Positions 40,981 to 52,690 of a DNA stretch of 64,000 nt are shown piece by piece. The DNA comes from Fimbriosthenelais zetlandica (Eukaryota), in assembly GCA_977030845.1 (NCBI GenBank), contig OZ365112.1, forward strand, positions 22,072,001 to 22,136,000, in the 5' to 3' direction. Position numbers and translations under genes: made by a program. Numbering within the stretch: the first letter of the stretch is position 1; each line of letters opens with the position of its first letter. Under the pieces are notes generated by a model. That model saw only the letters and a program-made list of their open reading frames with translations, was not told where the DNA came from and searched no databases.

Positions 40981-41414
40981 GTAAGTCGTAATAAGGAAAT
41001 ATCTCCCGATTGAAAATACTCCGATTCTTTAAAACGTATCAGAGATTTTATTTTGACTTCCTAGCACTTCCTAATCAATTAACAATGGGAAATCAATTTA
41101 TAATGGGAAAAGAAATCACTAGGATGGCGATAAAATCATTTGCCTGTCTTTGACAACCTTCTGGTGAATTGCTTTTAGGGGTTGTTTCCTATTCGATTAA
41201 TGATAAAGCCCCAACAGGGTGAATGACTCGGTGAAGTGTCCCATCACGGCATAATGAAAGTCATACATCATAGAGAATAGCTACCTTTTTAATCCCGTCA
41301 TGTTTTCATGGCAGCTTAGGAAATTTCATAGTCTGCCAAATTTTATACATTCATTTTATTTTGAGGAATAAAAGAAGCAGATTAATCACCGATGTTAGTC
41401 ACGTGTGATGTACT

Positions 41415-41529
41415 TCATCACTATAAGATGTCTTCTCTCATCACTATAAGATGTCTTCTCTCATCACTATAAGATGTCTTCTCTCATCACTATAAGATGT
41501 CTTCTCTCATCACTATAAGATGTCTTCTC
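41415..41529. repeat. 23-bp minisatellite, 5 perfect copies, abutting the GPCR-A exon 3 acceptor
   Basis: (TCATCACTATAAGATGTCTTCTC)x5 followed by TCATTTTCAG|exon 3. Confidence 0.95.
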
Positions 41530-41539
41530 TCATTTTCAG

Positions 41540-41644
41540 GTGGTTGTCATGCTGCTCTTCATTCTCTTTGTATTTGCCTTCTGCTGGCTCCCGTTCCAAA
41601 TAGCCATACTTTACGCCGAGCACAGGCCCAACCAAAACCTCCCC
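41540..41644 (+). CDS. GPCR-A exon 3 (105 nt): TM6 CWLP
   Basis: TTTTCAG|VVVMLLFILFVFAFCWLPFQIAILYAEHRPNQNLP|GTAAGT, phase 0-0. It is not in the ORF track in this frame. Confidence 0.95.
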
Positions 41645-42302
41645 GTAAGTTAGTTTCTTTTAATATACAAATGCCTACAACTATTGTGTCAAAGATAATA
41701 GCCCAGAACGAAATAGCGGATGTTCGTCCAGGCCTGTTAGTTTAGCTGCGAAGGCTGGACTCGATAGAAACCAATTATGGCATTCAATTATAGAAAGCAA
41801 CATGGCCAACGGTTATAAGAAGCTGCTCAGCTGCATGGATTCAGCCTCCATCAGCAGACGTGCGCACTTCAGGTGACAACTGCCATGACATCTCGTGGCA
41901 TATCCTCACATCGACAACTCAGAGGTTTCTCCTATCCCAGTGTTTCATACAGTCACATTCAGTAGACATTATCATTGTAATATCGTCCTTGTTTGTCAAA
42001 TACAGCTGGGGGGATGGTTTGGGCCACAGCCATTTGTAGGTTGCCCTTTCCAGGCTGACATATCCCTTTCCAATTTTCATTGGCCCTTTCAAGGTGACAT
42101 TGGAATTTTCGGGGGCTTACTTCCTGAAAAGGGCCCAATGTCGCCCTGAAAAGGGATGTGTCACAACTTGGACTTTATCCCAAAATCTGCTGGGCGCTTT
42201 TCTTGCTTATGGTGTGCCCTTTTGTTGCTTGGCCCCCAATGTAAAATTGTTTCCTACGACCTTGTAATATATATATCATGTCTATAATACTTTCTATTAC
42301 AG

Positions 42303-42411
42303 TTGCCTGAATGGTATATGAAGTTCAATTTCTTTGCCACGTTTATGACGTTCGCTAATAGTGCATTTAATCCTGTCATATATACTTCATTCAATGGGAA
42401 TTTCAGAAGAG
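42303..42411 (+). CDS. GPCR-A exon 4 (109 nt): TM7 NPVIY, helix 8; ends at a GC donor
   Basis: TTTCTATTACAG|LPEWYMKFNFFATFMTFANSAFNPVIYTSFNGNFRR G|GCAAGT. It has the same length and boundaries as GPCR-B exon 4. Confidence 0.93.
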
Positions 42412-42642
42412 GCAAGTGCATTTTTTCAACAATTTTTTATAAATCGGTAGGCTTATGTATGCCAATATTATGCTGAAATTAATGGCAAAAGTGTTATGCT
42501 GAAATTAATCACCAAAGCCATAAGCGATATAAATTTATGGCATTCCATTAGAAACAAATAATATTGTTTGCTTTATCTCTCACATAAATAATATTGTTTG
42601 CTTTGTGATGATGAAAAATCTATAGTATTTTTCCTTTTTCAG

Positions 42643-42743
42643 GTTTTAGAGACACATTTTCCATACGGTCCAATCGCCATCGATATTTAATAGTGAGCAC
42701 TAGGCAGGAAAAATCACCTAAAACTACTATATCACAACTATGA
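42643..42743 (+). CDS. GPCR-A exon 5: C-terminal tail and stop (total 404 aa)
   Basis: TTTTCCTTTTTCAG|GT completes G, then FRDTFSIRSNRHRYLIVSTRQEKSPKTTISQL*. The exact C-terminus is uncertain because of an internal GTGAGC donor at 42693. Confidence 0.8.
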
Positions 42744-45697
42744 TAAAGCTAAATGGCATTTTACCTCATGGTTTGTCTGTTACAGAATCTCATAAATAAA
42801 CTCTCCTGAATTCACGCCACAATCAGTTCTTTTGGGATAAGCCTACTTAGGCCTATATGGTTCTACTGACCCAACAACATTATTATTGTGTGATTTTCCA
42901 GAGTACATTTGATTTATACAACACGTAACGGAGAACATGCGGTAAAATATACTGGAAGAGATTTGGTTTATGTGATATTAGGAGTGCAAGGATGTGTTCT
43001 GACACGATGAAGATTGCAGTAATATGCAACCCATTGAATCTTCATGTTATTATATGCGGTGGAGCAAACCTATATGTATAAGTGCAATATCTAATATCAC
43101 TGTCGTTTGTCATGTATGGGTATTTGCCAATCGTGTAAAGTGGAATGATTCATAATTCTGTCATATCTAAATATTTATAGTCATATACTGTATGTGAAAG
43201 AATATCCTTGTTATATCCTTGTTTTTATATAATTATAATTGGGGACATAATGGATAATTGTTTTATATCATTCTGTTAGATTCATTGTGTAAGTTCCCAG
43301 GTACTGCCGTTTTGTGTTGTATGTTATTTTAGGATTATAAGAATTAATCTTTGGGCTGTGTCTAATGTGAGAAGCTGATGTAATGAATGAATAAATACAT
43401 TTAGAAGCTGGTATTTTGTTATCACGAGGAACTTTAGAAAATCAAACCTCCATCAACATTCCTAAAATTATCAATTTATTTTTGATTTTTATTAATATTA
43501 CATTAAAGTTATCATATTAAATTTAGCACTTTATGTTATTCACGTTATAACATTGATTCAAGTAGTACACTGAAAACTAAGGATGCTTGCTCTAAATAAG
43601 GAATAACCCAACAGTAATAAATGCTTCATACACATACTTAATAATTGTGTGTTCACGGGAGAAATATAATGCACATATTCAACTTCTAACATCATTTCAC
43701 TCAATTATCAATTCATTACTTTATAAAATGCAGAAACTCCTGTTATAACACATTAATTTACCATTTTACATCTGCTAGACACCAATTTTTTTTAAAATCC
43801 GGATAGGAATAATTATCTGTTTGCACTCTGCCCACATCAACGGTAGTCTCATAAACACCGTGTCCAATTGTTGAGTTATAATGCTATTTATGATAAATCT
43901 GTACAACAATTATATTAATTCGACAACTATAATCCTAGATATAACACCAACACAACGCCAAATTATTCCGCATATCGTCCATTACACATTGTACATAATC
44001 ATTTTTTTAAACATTATCACATATCGCCTTCTATCGTTTCCAATTCCATGTTTGTTAATAATATAATATTTTATCAACGATTGAGTACATTTTAAGAATG
44101 CTACTTTAGTATTAGTAAATATCTCGAGGTGCAAACGATCCTGTCTATTAAAATTTCATTACTATTTCATTACCCATCTCCTATTCCCTGAATAGTCCAA
44201 TCAGTTTGAACAACCACAAAACGAGTCTACCTTTATCCGCAAGGTGACGGCTTTAGCGTTTCCTGGTTGAGTCATTTCAGGTTTTCTATACCAGTCCCTC
44301 GATTGACAAATTAAACTAAACTAGGAATATTTGTTAGGTAAAATATCTACATAAACTTTAAATACTCTTTGCAATGTATGCAGATCTGAATATAATTATT
44401 CATGTTTGTTTCGACTTGTATTTTGTTTTTAAAGGCGAACATTTTTCATGTTAAGCATCACACCCTTTTACCCACATCCAACTTGAAACTTGAAAATGTA
44501 CTGAAAAGGAGTCCTTCACATAGAGCTGTAGTTTGGGTCCTTTTATAACCATGCCATTTCACGATCAAAATAGAAACCAGTCCCATGGCTTATACATTGG
44601 AAAGTAGAAAGCACAATGCCCCTAATCACTTTTTATTTTACAGCAAAGACCAGTCATGTCTTTGAGTCTGTGCAGAGAGAGGGGCCCTTTCCTTATCCTT
44701 ATCTGTAAGATTCCAGTCCGTGTCTATGACTCTCCTTTCAGTGAATATAACTCGATTCATCTTCCCCCCAAATAAAAGGAACATTTTTTCTTGAGGTCTT
44801 CATTACAAAAAGGATCCTGATTGGATGCCTGGAGGAGTTGTGTGTACTTGTGGTCCATACTGTCAAAGCCAGGTGCTTATTGAACAAGTCCATGACTAGA
44901 CATTTTGTCCGACGATCAATCTTTTTGATCTTTTTCCTCTGCTTCTTCTTGGGAAGTACTATATATTATGTTCCTTCAGATGTTTCCACACCATTTTGAA
45001 CCTTATGATCTGGCTTTCTCCCTGTAGACATTCCTATGATATGAAGTAGCATTATTGTAAGTTAGTAAAGTTGTCAGGCTGAGTTAATGTCCTGTAGTTC
45101 CCATAGCAACAGCTTCCAACGTTATCCAACCATACACACTGGTTTTATTGCTTGAGGCCTTTTATAGCTCAGCAGAATGCTATTTTTTTTCAAGTAAACT
45201 GTCTACAACAGATTAAATCCCCTGTGCAGGACATATGCCAGAAAATATAGCCATCACGCGACTGGTCCTTATATCAGAGAATCATACAGCAAGACGTGAC
45301 CTCTGGAAGAAAATGGATAGTTTAAATGGCTTTTCTTTATAACATTGATAATTATATTGATATATTTAACAGTCTTCAATATTAAATGAATATAGTTTTC
45401 GGTTTCAAGTCAGGTTTCGTCATCAATATAGGATTTGGAGTAAAGGTTTAGAAAATTAAATTCTCAGATTTCGCTGCGCTTCTCTCCTTCCAATCTGAAA
45501 GATTCTTAATTGAAAGGTGTGCTTTTATCATGTCCTATTGTCAGGGAGATCCTTGAGAGAACCTACCCGGACCATCCTCTGCTTTGATTAATATGCTGTA
45601 TTTATATGCGTTTAAGTTGCCACTGAAAGCTGCAAATTCAAATTGGTGAGAAAAATAGAATTTCGCGGAGCTTTTCTGCTATAGCCTGACTGTGGTT

Positions 45698-45889
45698 TTA
45701 AACTATTTGGGATTCCCCGTTCCTCCACCTGGTATTAATTTTTTCAGATCCAGCTTTAAGATGAGCACGGGTAATCAATTTTTCAGTGTTTGTTGTCTTA
45801 ATTAAAAGTGTATTTATAAATGCTGGTGGGATCTCCGCAGCCCCATGGGCCTCATCATTTCCAGTGATACAGCTGAGTCTATGCATATG
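45698..45889 (-). CDS. Possible alternative terminal exon 6 of GPCR-B
   Basis: GGTATTTAG| is phase 0 and matches the donor ATG|GTAATC at 46455/46454. It gives HMHRLSCITGNDEAHGAAEIPPAF...NGESQIV*, a hydrophilic tail that coincides with ORF-track 45698..45886. Confidence 0.35.
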   Translation of the reverse strand, partial: HMHRLSCITGNDEAHGAAEIPPAFINTLLIKTTNTEKLITRAHLKAGSEKINTRWRNGESQIV

Positions 45890-46412
45890 CTAAATACCAT
45901 TATTGTATCCACGGGTAATTAAGATTTCGTCATAAAGGGAAATAATGAACCAATTTAAGAATTACTTCACAATACCATGCAATGCTTCTGAATTAATGAG
46001 CAAAAAGCAGTATTCAATGGGATGCATACTAGAGGGGATTATTCAAACGGACTAGCTTCCATCTAAGATAATTGGTGTTAAAATGAGTTATTCAATGTCC
46101 TGGTATACAATACGACAGACTATACCAAACGTGGCTTTGATGGGTTTTGTCGTATATCTGCTGCGATCTATCATTGTATGTAATAATCTTAAGACGCGGA
46201 ACGAAAGGACAGTCATTTGTCAGGAGACTTCTCCCGTACAGTCTACGTTCAATAAGTAATTAGCAACATCAAGCATTAATGGGATTGAACATGTCATCCT
46301 TTCTCTTTGTATAATTATTACATTTCCAGGCGTCTCATTAACCACAGGCCTCTTTCACTGCACTTATATGAACAGGCAACAATATCTTATCAGGACCAGT
46401 GGTATAGGATTA

Positions 46413-46546
46413 TCATGAATGCTTGAGATGGAAGAAAGCAAATAACTTGATTACCATAGTAGAGCTCCGTAAGTCCATAGAAGATTCGGGCGACATGGCA
46501 TTATAAAACCTTCGTCGTCGACCACACCCCATCGCTGTTTTAAAAC
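46413..46546 (-). CDS. GPCR-B exon 5: C-terminal tail
   Basis: ATTATTTTAG|GT completes G, then FKTAMGCGRRRRFYNAMSPESSMDLRSSTM(VIKLFAFFHLKHS*). The tail has a helix-8 Cys and a basic cluster. The last 13 codons may be intron read-through. Confidence 0.8.
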
Positions 46547-48331
46547 CTAAAATAATAGAAAATGAGATGATACAAGTGTATGTAAGACAACTAGGCTTAT
46601 TTATACTCTGCCTGATCCATGAATATCTAGTTTTAACATTCGAGATTCGAGACTTGCTTCTGCGCACGTTTTGTATTATGACAGAGTAAAAACTCAAACT
46701 TTGGTATCATCCGAGGATAACACTTTACTTAAAGGATTTTTTACTTCATGGCGTCTATTTCCTGGGTGGTCCCCAGATGATGCATTTTGTTCTTCTTATG
46801 ATAAATGATAAAATCTTTATCAATTCAAACTGGTGCCCAGCCCATTCGCCCGCATCCCCATCCCACCGCCAGAACGCTTGGGCCAGCAAATAGGCTTGAT
46901 GGTGCCAGCAACACCGAGGAGACGTGTCCATAATTAGTTTTCCTCCAGTCATATCCACCTGTATGCGTTCCTTATCTTCGGGGGTAAAGTAGAACATGCA
47001 TACATATGAGCTTTTTTCCGTGTTCTCAGTCAATTCATAGACTGTCATGCTCGGCATTTCAATATACAGGACATTAGTCTTTACCACATACATTACACAT
47101 TTACATTGTGGTGGAGGAAAATGTGGGACGAACAAAAAGCTTGTATGATAATTATATAATGTTTTGCCTTAATCAATTAGGCTTGGCTATACCTGGGATA
47201 TATTCTGTAATGAATCCGGTTTCATTGTAAACCCAGTTAAAACAAGTCCTTGCCCAGGTTTTATGTCTATCTGACGTAGCTCAAATCTTTTAGCAAATAT
47301 GCCTCCTTTCAGCTAAAACTTTTCGAGGAAAGATCCAACATTGCCTGGGGCCTACTTAATTTTTTCTCTGTCTTTTTTTTTTAGCAGTCAAGCTTAAGAT
47401 ACGGAAGATTATAGAAGCATTATCTTTCTCAGTTAGCTGATTCAAGATGATGGATATTAGGCGCTTGTTATTAATATAGATATGATGTGGGAGGTCAATG
47501 ATTGATAGTGGATGGCTGTTCTTATGGATTTGTCTGGGAGAAATAATCATGAAATGAATATGACATGACTCAGTTCTTGAATAACAATCAAATTGATCAA
47601 TCTTATGAAGCATATTTCCATTGTCACTAAATCATTTCATAAGCCCATAAGGGACGCTTTTATCTCACTCCCTCTCGCCCTGTGTCTAAGCCTGGACTGG
47701 TAGCTCCATGGAGCTTAGATGATGGAGTGCCTTCTAGGGTTAGGATTACCAAAGACACAATGCTGATTGTTTCCTGGGGGTACCAATCACCTAGACAATC
47801 CCATTGTCGCATCAGACAAGCCAGCCAGTTACCTAGGTCCCTGCTGATCCTGACCTTTTCCTCTTTATGCCTTCTAGATGATGATACATATAACCATAAG
47901 GTGGCCATGGGTGGGCTTTGTAGCCTCTGCCCCAAGCCCTCCTGTCACCACATATACCCCATTTTATGACCACATACCTCTAGTTATTTTCCCGCTGCCG
48001 AAAAGCCCTCAGTACAAATGGTCAAGCGAATGGCTATAAAATTGTCTTCCTCCAACAAATAACCATTTCCAATAGGAGTCGCCAATGATTGTAATGGGAG
48101 TTATGTCGGCATCCAGTTGGTAAAATATTATTAAACATTACATTACCGTACATTTATATATATGTACCTGACACGCGTAAGGCATTCCACATACTTTCTC
48201 GTCAGATTCTGCAAATTGTTTCCTTGGAAGTCAAGTTTCACAAGCGCTTTCCGTAATATACACCCTATCTCGCTAATTACATTTATTAGGAATAGTGGAC
48301 ATGCAATGTAAAATCAAGGTGGTTTGCTTAC

Positions 48332-48440
48332 CTCTTCTGTAGTTTTCATTAAATCCAGCATAGATAATTGGATTGAGTGCACTGTTCGCATAGGCAATGT
48401 AATGAGCGAAGAAGGTCAATTGTGAATACCATTTTGGCAG
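48332..48440 (-). CDS. GPCR-B exon 4 (109 nt): TM7 NPIIY
   Basis: TATTTTACAG|[37 protein letters not shown]|GTAAGC. Confidence 0.96.
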
Positions 48441-49244
48441 CTGTAAAATATATATTATAGAATTAACTAACATATAATAATTATTATTTTATTAGAGAAA
48501 TCACACCATATTGGAATTTACCGGTGCTCATTTATGCTGGGAATATGTAATCTATTTGCCTGAGCTGTTTTGTAAAAATGCTAAAAGGTAATCATCCTAA
48601 AAAGAGTATACTGTTCACTATCCTAGAAATGTCCATTATATCTATATAGCACTATGTACATCTGTGAATCCCCTCACGACATTTCGGTGACATTTATGTC
48701 AGGATTAACGTCTATGCTATGTTGCTGTTATTTTGACAAAGATATTCTTGCCTGTTAGCAATTGATTTTTTCCCTTGTTAGCAGAGATTATAGCTAGACT
48801 TCACATTTGGAAGTAAATATATGGAATACAACTAGACGTGGACCTGTGAGAGCAGATGAGTCGTACGAGGGGTGAAAACCTGCAGATCCTCGTGTGTGAT
48901 GATCTGGAGGTTTTCACTCCTCGTACGACCCTTCTGCTCGAGCAGATCAATGTCGAGTTGTATTCCATATTTATATCTTCTACCTACAAACATGATGAAA
49001 TAGTCCTTTATTCTTCAGGACTTCGCTTCTGTATATAATATATATTATACATCCCAAGCCTAAGTGGTTAGAGTAGGACGTCTCTGATTGGTTGATGCAG
49101 AACGTGTTAAGCAATCAGAAGCGACATTACATGATTTAATGCACATCTCACGTGTGATTTTGGTCGCCGTGTCGGGAGTGTTACTGTTAGAAGAAGCCAA
49201 GCTGTGATATAAGTAATTATACATACAAGGCTATGTATACTTAC

Positions 49245-49349
49245 CGGAATACTTTTATTTGACCTGTGTTCTGCGTAGAGAATCGAGATTTGGAATGGTA
49301 ACCAGCACAAGGCAAACACGGTCAGAAGAAATACAAGCATTATCACAAC
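49245..49349 (-). CDS. GPCR-B exon 3 (105 nt): TM6 CWLP
   Basis: TTTTTTTATAG|VVIMLVFLLTVFALCWLPFQISILYAEHRSNKSIP|GTAAGT. Confidence 0.96.
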
Positions 49350-49589
49350 CTATAAAAAAAAAATCATAAATAAAGCAAATATGAAGTAAAATCTATAAAA
49401 GATACACATATTCATTTAAGACTGTGGTATAGAACAATACAACATAAGCACAAGTTTGGCTATTTAAACCGAGTTTACCCTTACAAATTCCCTGAGCCAA
49501 GCCTTCAATATACATTTTATTCATTCTGTTCTTAGAATCATTAGAGATATCAGGTTCTAATTTTATCCCAATGATCCTCAATCAAAGTT

Positions 49590-49645
49590 GCTCTCTCTTT
49601 TCTCTCTCCATCCCCCCGCCTCTCCCTCTCTCTCCCTCTCTCTCA
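49590..49645. repeat. Imperfect (CT)n microsatellite
   Basis: Read directly from the sequence. Confidence 0.8.
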
Positions 49646-50837
49646 ATAGGCTACCTGTGGTAAATTCACAAGGGGAATGTTGGCATTGGACTGTACATGG
49701 GATATATCCCTTTAGCAGCTCAAACATAGTAAGCCATCTGATCCCATGTTGCTGGAGAGCAATGGCTGCCATCAATACACAGAAGGCATCTATCCTGCCA
49801 CTGCCCCATCAGACATCCATATGCCATGGGAAGAGGCTCCTCTAGGTTGTTTACTTATTGCAAACCACCTCTTCTAATGTTGAAGAGGTAGGCATATAGT
49901 CTATACGGTCTAGGGATCTAAGGAGGAAAGTTCTCCGGATCTCTGGAGGGGTTGTAGTTACACCAAGCCATTCCGGAGGACTCCGGTGTCCATGGCTGTG
50001 TGAACTATTCCCAAGTCTCTGGGTGCTGGAGGCTGTGAGTGGCCTTTTCATTAAAACGGAACTCATTCCCTGTCCCTGCACTTTATAATCAAAATGACCC
50101 ACAACCCCATTCCAAATTTCGTGAAAAAATGGATTATTTTCATCAATAGGTGAAATCATAAAAAGGGATGTTTTTATTAATATTTGTGAAAATTGAAAAA
50201 ATGAAAGTGCTTTTTTGGCTGTTTGAACATTTCAGTCTCCTCCCATTTTTTTAAATGGGGTGTTTTCTTTAAGGGGCGCCACTGGCAGTGTGATTGACGT
50301 CACTGAACCCTAGATCTACAAATGTTTTCTTGAAATATTCTATATTTTTCACCAAATATATTTCAGGATAAACAAATACTTTTTTTTTGTATTTATAAAA
50401 ACCTAAATGGTACGAGTGTCTGTTTCAAATTCAAAAATCAGTGGGAAAGGGGGTACTTTTATTGAAGAATCACGTCTTTGTAACTCGATATGTGAGTTCC
50501 ATAACTGTAGCAGGCATGTCCTAATCACAAGATACAGCAGCGCCCAAGACACAAATACGCTACGAGACCATTAGTGTCTTAATGGTCTACCAAAATAGAG
50601 TCTTATTAGCCCGCATTTCCAGCAGAGAGATACTCCCATCCCCGGGCTTCCCAATATATATGTAAAAATCACAATTTTGAGATTTTGTTTTGTCATCCAA
50701 ATTTATGAGGCAAACACGGTTAGCAATAATGAGATATTCACATTCTAGCTACAAAAAAGCAATCTTAGTGATGTGAATTACCAATCTGTGCATATAAAGA
50801 CCCATATCAACTTTCGACTTGGCATGTATACATCAAA

Positions 50838-52690
50838 TCGAGGGTGTTATGCAATACTGTCGTATGTCAATAATTTTCATTTTTGACTTTATTTCACCAA
50901 ACACATTATTTAAATATATATTTTGATAATTTAAGTTAAAATGATTCAAATCCTATTGGAACCCCTAAATGTGGAGGGGTCGTATAACACTTTTTCTCTA
51001 AAACCGAGTTTTTTGTTATGCAATACTGTCGTATCTCCAGTTTCCTATTTTTGAGGCCTGCATCGAGAATGACGTTTTCTAATGAATTATGCATAAAAGT
51101 ATAACCCAAACTTCAGCCCTTTCATGGCCCATGTCGGGTAAAAGCTGTGGGTAATCAAGTCATCTCCACAAATATGCATTGGAATGGGTTTCTCGTGTGA
51201 TTTTTTGCCATTTTTACTGGTGCTGCCATCTTCTGGATGGCAACAACGTCTTGAGCAGACGACAGTAAGGTAGACGGGTGCACTTATGGAAAAAAAACCA
51301 CCTTACCCCCAAAAAATTGATACAAAAGGTTTTTCAACGGTTTTTGGTAGTATCAGGTGTGCTGAGTAACATACTAAAAGTCTACCAAAATCTGACCACT
51401 GGTAACCATGGTAACGGCCATATTTCAAAATGGCTGCCATTCCGCACACAAAATGTCATCTTACTCTATAAATAATGGGTTTAGAGTTAATTTAATCACA
51501 CCTACCCCACTTAAAGTTGACCCAAGGAATTTAATGGTATGCACTATTTCTTAATTAAATGATTCTGTTGCCTGGCAACCAACGAGAGATTATTTATTTG
51601 CCTAGCAACCGGCATAAATAATGGTCCCATGTAGAATCTAATCGAACCTACCCCCCTAAAAGCAACCCAAGGAATTTAATGACATGCACTATTTCTTAAT
51701 TTAATGATTCTATTGCCTAGCAACCAACGAGAGCTTATTTTTTTGCATAGCAACCGGCATAAATAGTGTTGTATCATGACATATGACAGTTTTGCACACT
51801 TAGAGCCAGGTTTGAAAAAAAATATTGGTCATGTAAAACTGTCGTATCATGACATACGACAGTTTTGCACACTTAGTGCCAGGTTTGAACAAAAATATGT
51901 GGAAAAATGGTTGCCATGGCAACCATATTTCAGCGTGTGCACCCTTTTAAAACTGGACATATATGTCTTTGCCATGACAATATTCAATATTATAGTGAAT
52001 GGTCGACATACCTTATTCTAAGACTTCAAAATTAAATGTCATTGATCTACTATATTAACTACCCTTACTGATGCCTTGATAAGGCTTGTAGAAATGGTAA
52101 AAATCCAAAAGTATCATCTTCCGTTTCCATGGCCGTAAGGATGGTAATAATGGGTCGACATGGACAAATATGGTATCTACAGAAAGCTCTTGACATAGAA
52201 AACATGATTCGATGGGTAAATTTAATTTTTGAATAGATTATCATGACCATCAAAAAGTGCTAATATACCCCAAAATCACACTTAAAACGGTTGCCATGGC
52301 AACAGTTTTCGTATTTTAGGATGTGCACCCTTCTAAAATGAAAAGTAACACTCCCAGCTATGCTCATACAAAATTTGGTGATTTTGTACCAACTAACTCC
52401 ACTATTATCATGACATACGACAGTTTTGCACACTCACAGCCAGGGTCCAAGAACATTTTGGTTATGCAAAACTGTCGTATGTTCGTTTCCATGGAGAAGG
52501 AAGTGGAAAATAAATAATGTCGGATGCGGGTCAGAAAGTGCAAACAATTTTATGTTCTTTCTCAGAAAATGTTTTCTTTATCGACATTATTACGGATACA
52601 GGAGGTCTTTAACTTTTACATTAATCTTTAATGTGCTCCACTCTAAAATGCCTAAAATGAAGATACGACAGTATTGCATAACACCCTCGA
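50838..52690. mobile_element. Foldback/MITE-like non-autonomous element with a perfect 28-bp inverted repeat and many internal copies of the ATACGACAGT motif
   Basis: TCGAGGGTGTTATGCAATACTGTCGTAT (50838-50865) is the exact reverse complement of 52663-52690. A partial copy lies at 51014-51034. (A)TAYGACAGTTTTGCA variants occur in both orientations near 51780, 51835-51870, 52415 and 52467. There is no transposase ORF, and the true outer ends and TSD were not resolved. Confidence 0.65.
51500..51765. repeat. ~146-bp imperfect tandem duplication inside the foldback-like element
   Basis: ACCTACCCC...CCCAAGGAATTTAATG..ATGCACTATTTCTTAATT.AATGATTCT.TTGCCT.GCAACCAACGAGAG...AGCAACCGGCATAAATA starts at 51500 and again at 51646. 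Confidence 0.9.

Noticed and set aside
41415-41529. Regular direct repeats as a CRISPR candidate
   Set aside because: There are no spacers (pure tandem units) and the context is a eukaryotic intron.
47660-47969. 91-aa ORF (...RQWDCLGDW...VSLVILTLEG) inside GPCR-B intron 4
   Set aside because: It may be an RTE-LINE 3' remnant. It is not in phase with GPCR exons and is not a host gene.
49851-50159. 102-aa minus ORF in GPCR-B intron 2
   Set aside because: It has no host-protein features and is probably decayed LINE sequence.
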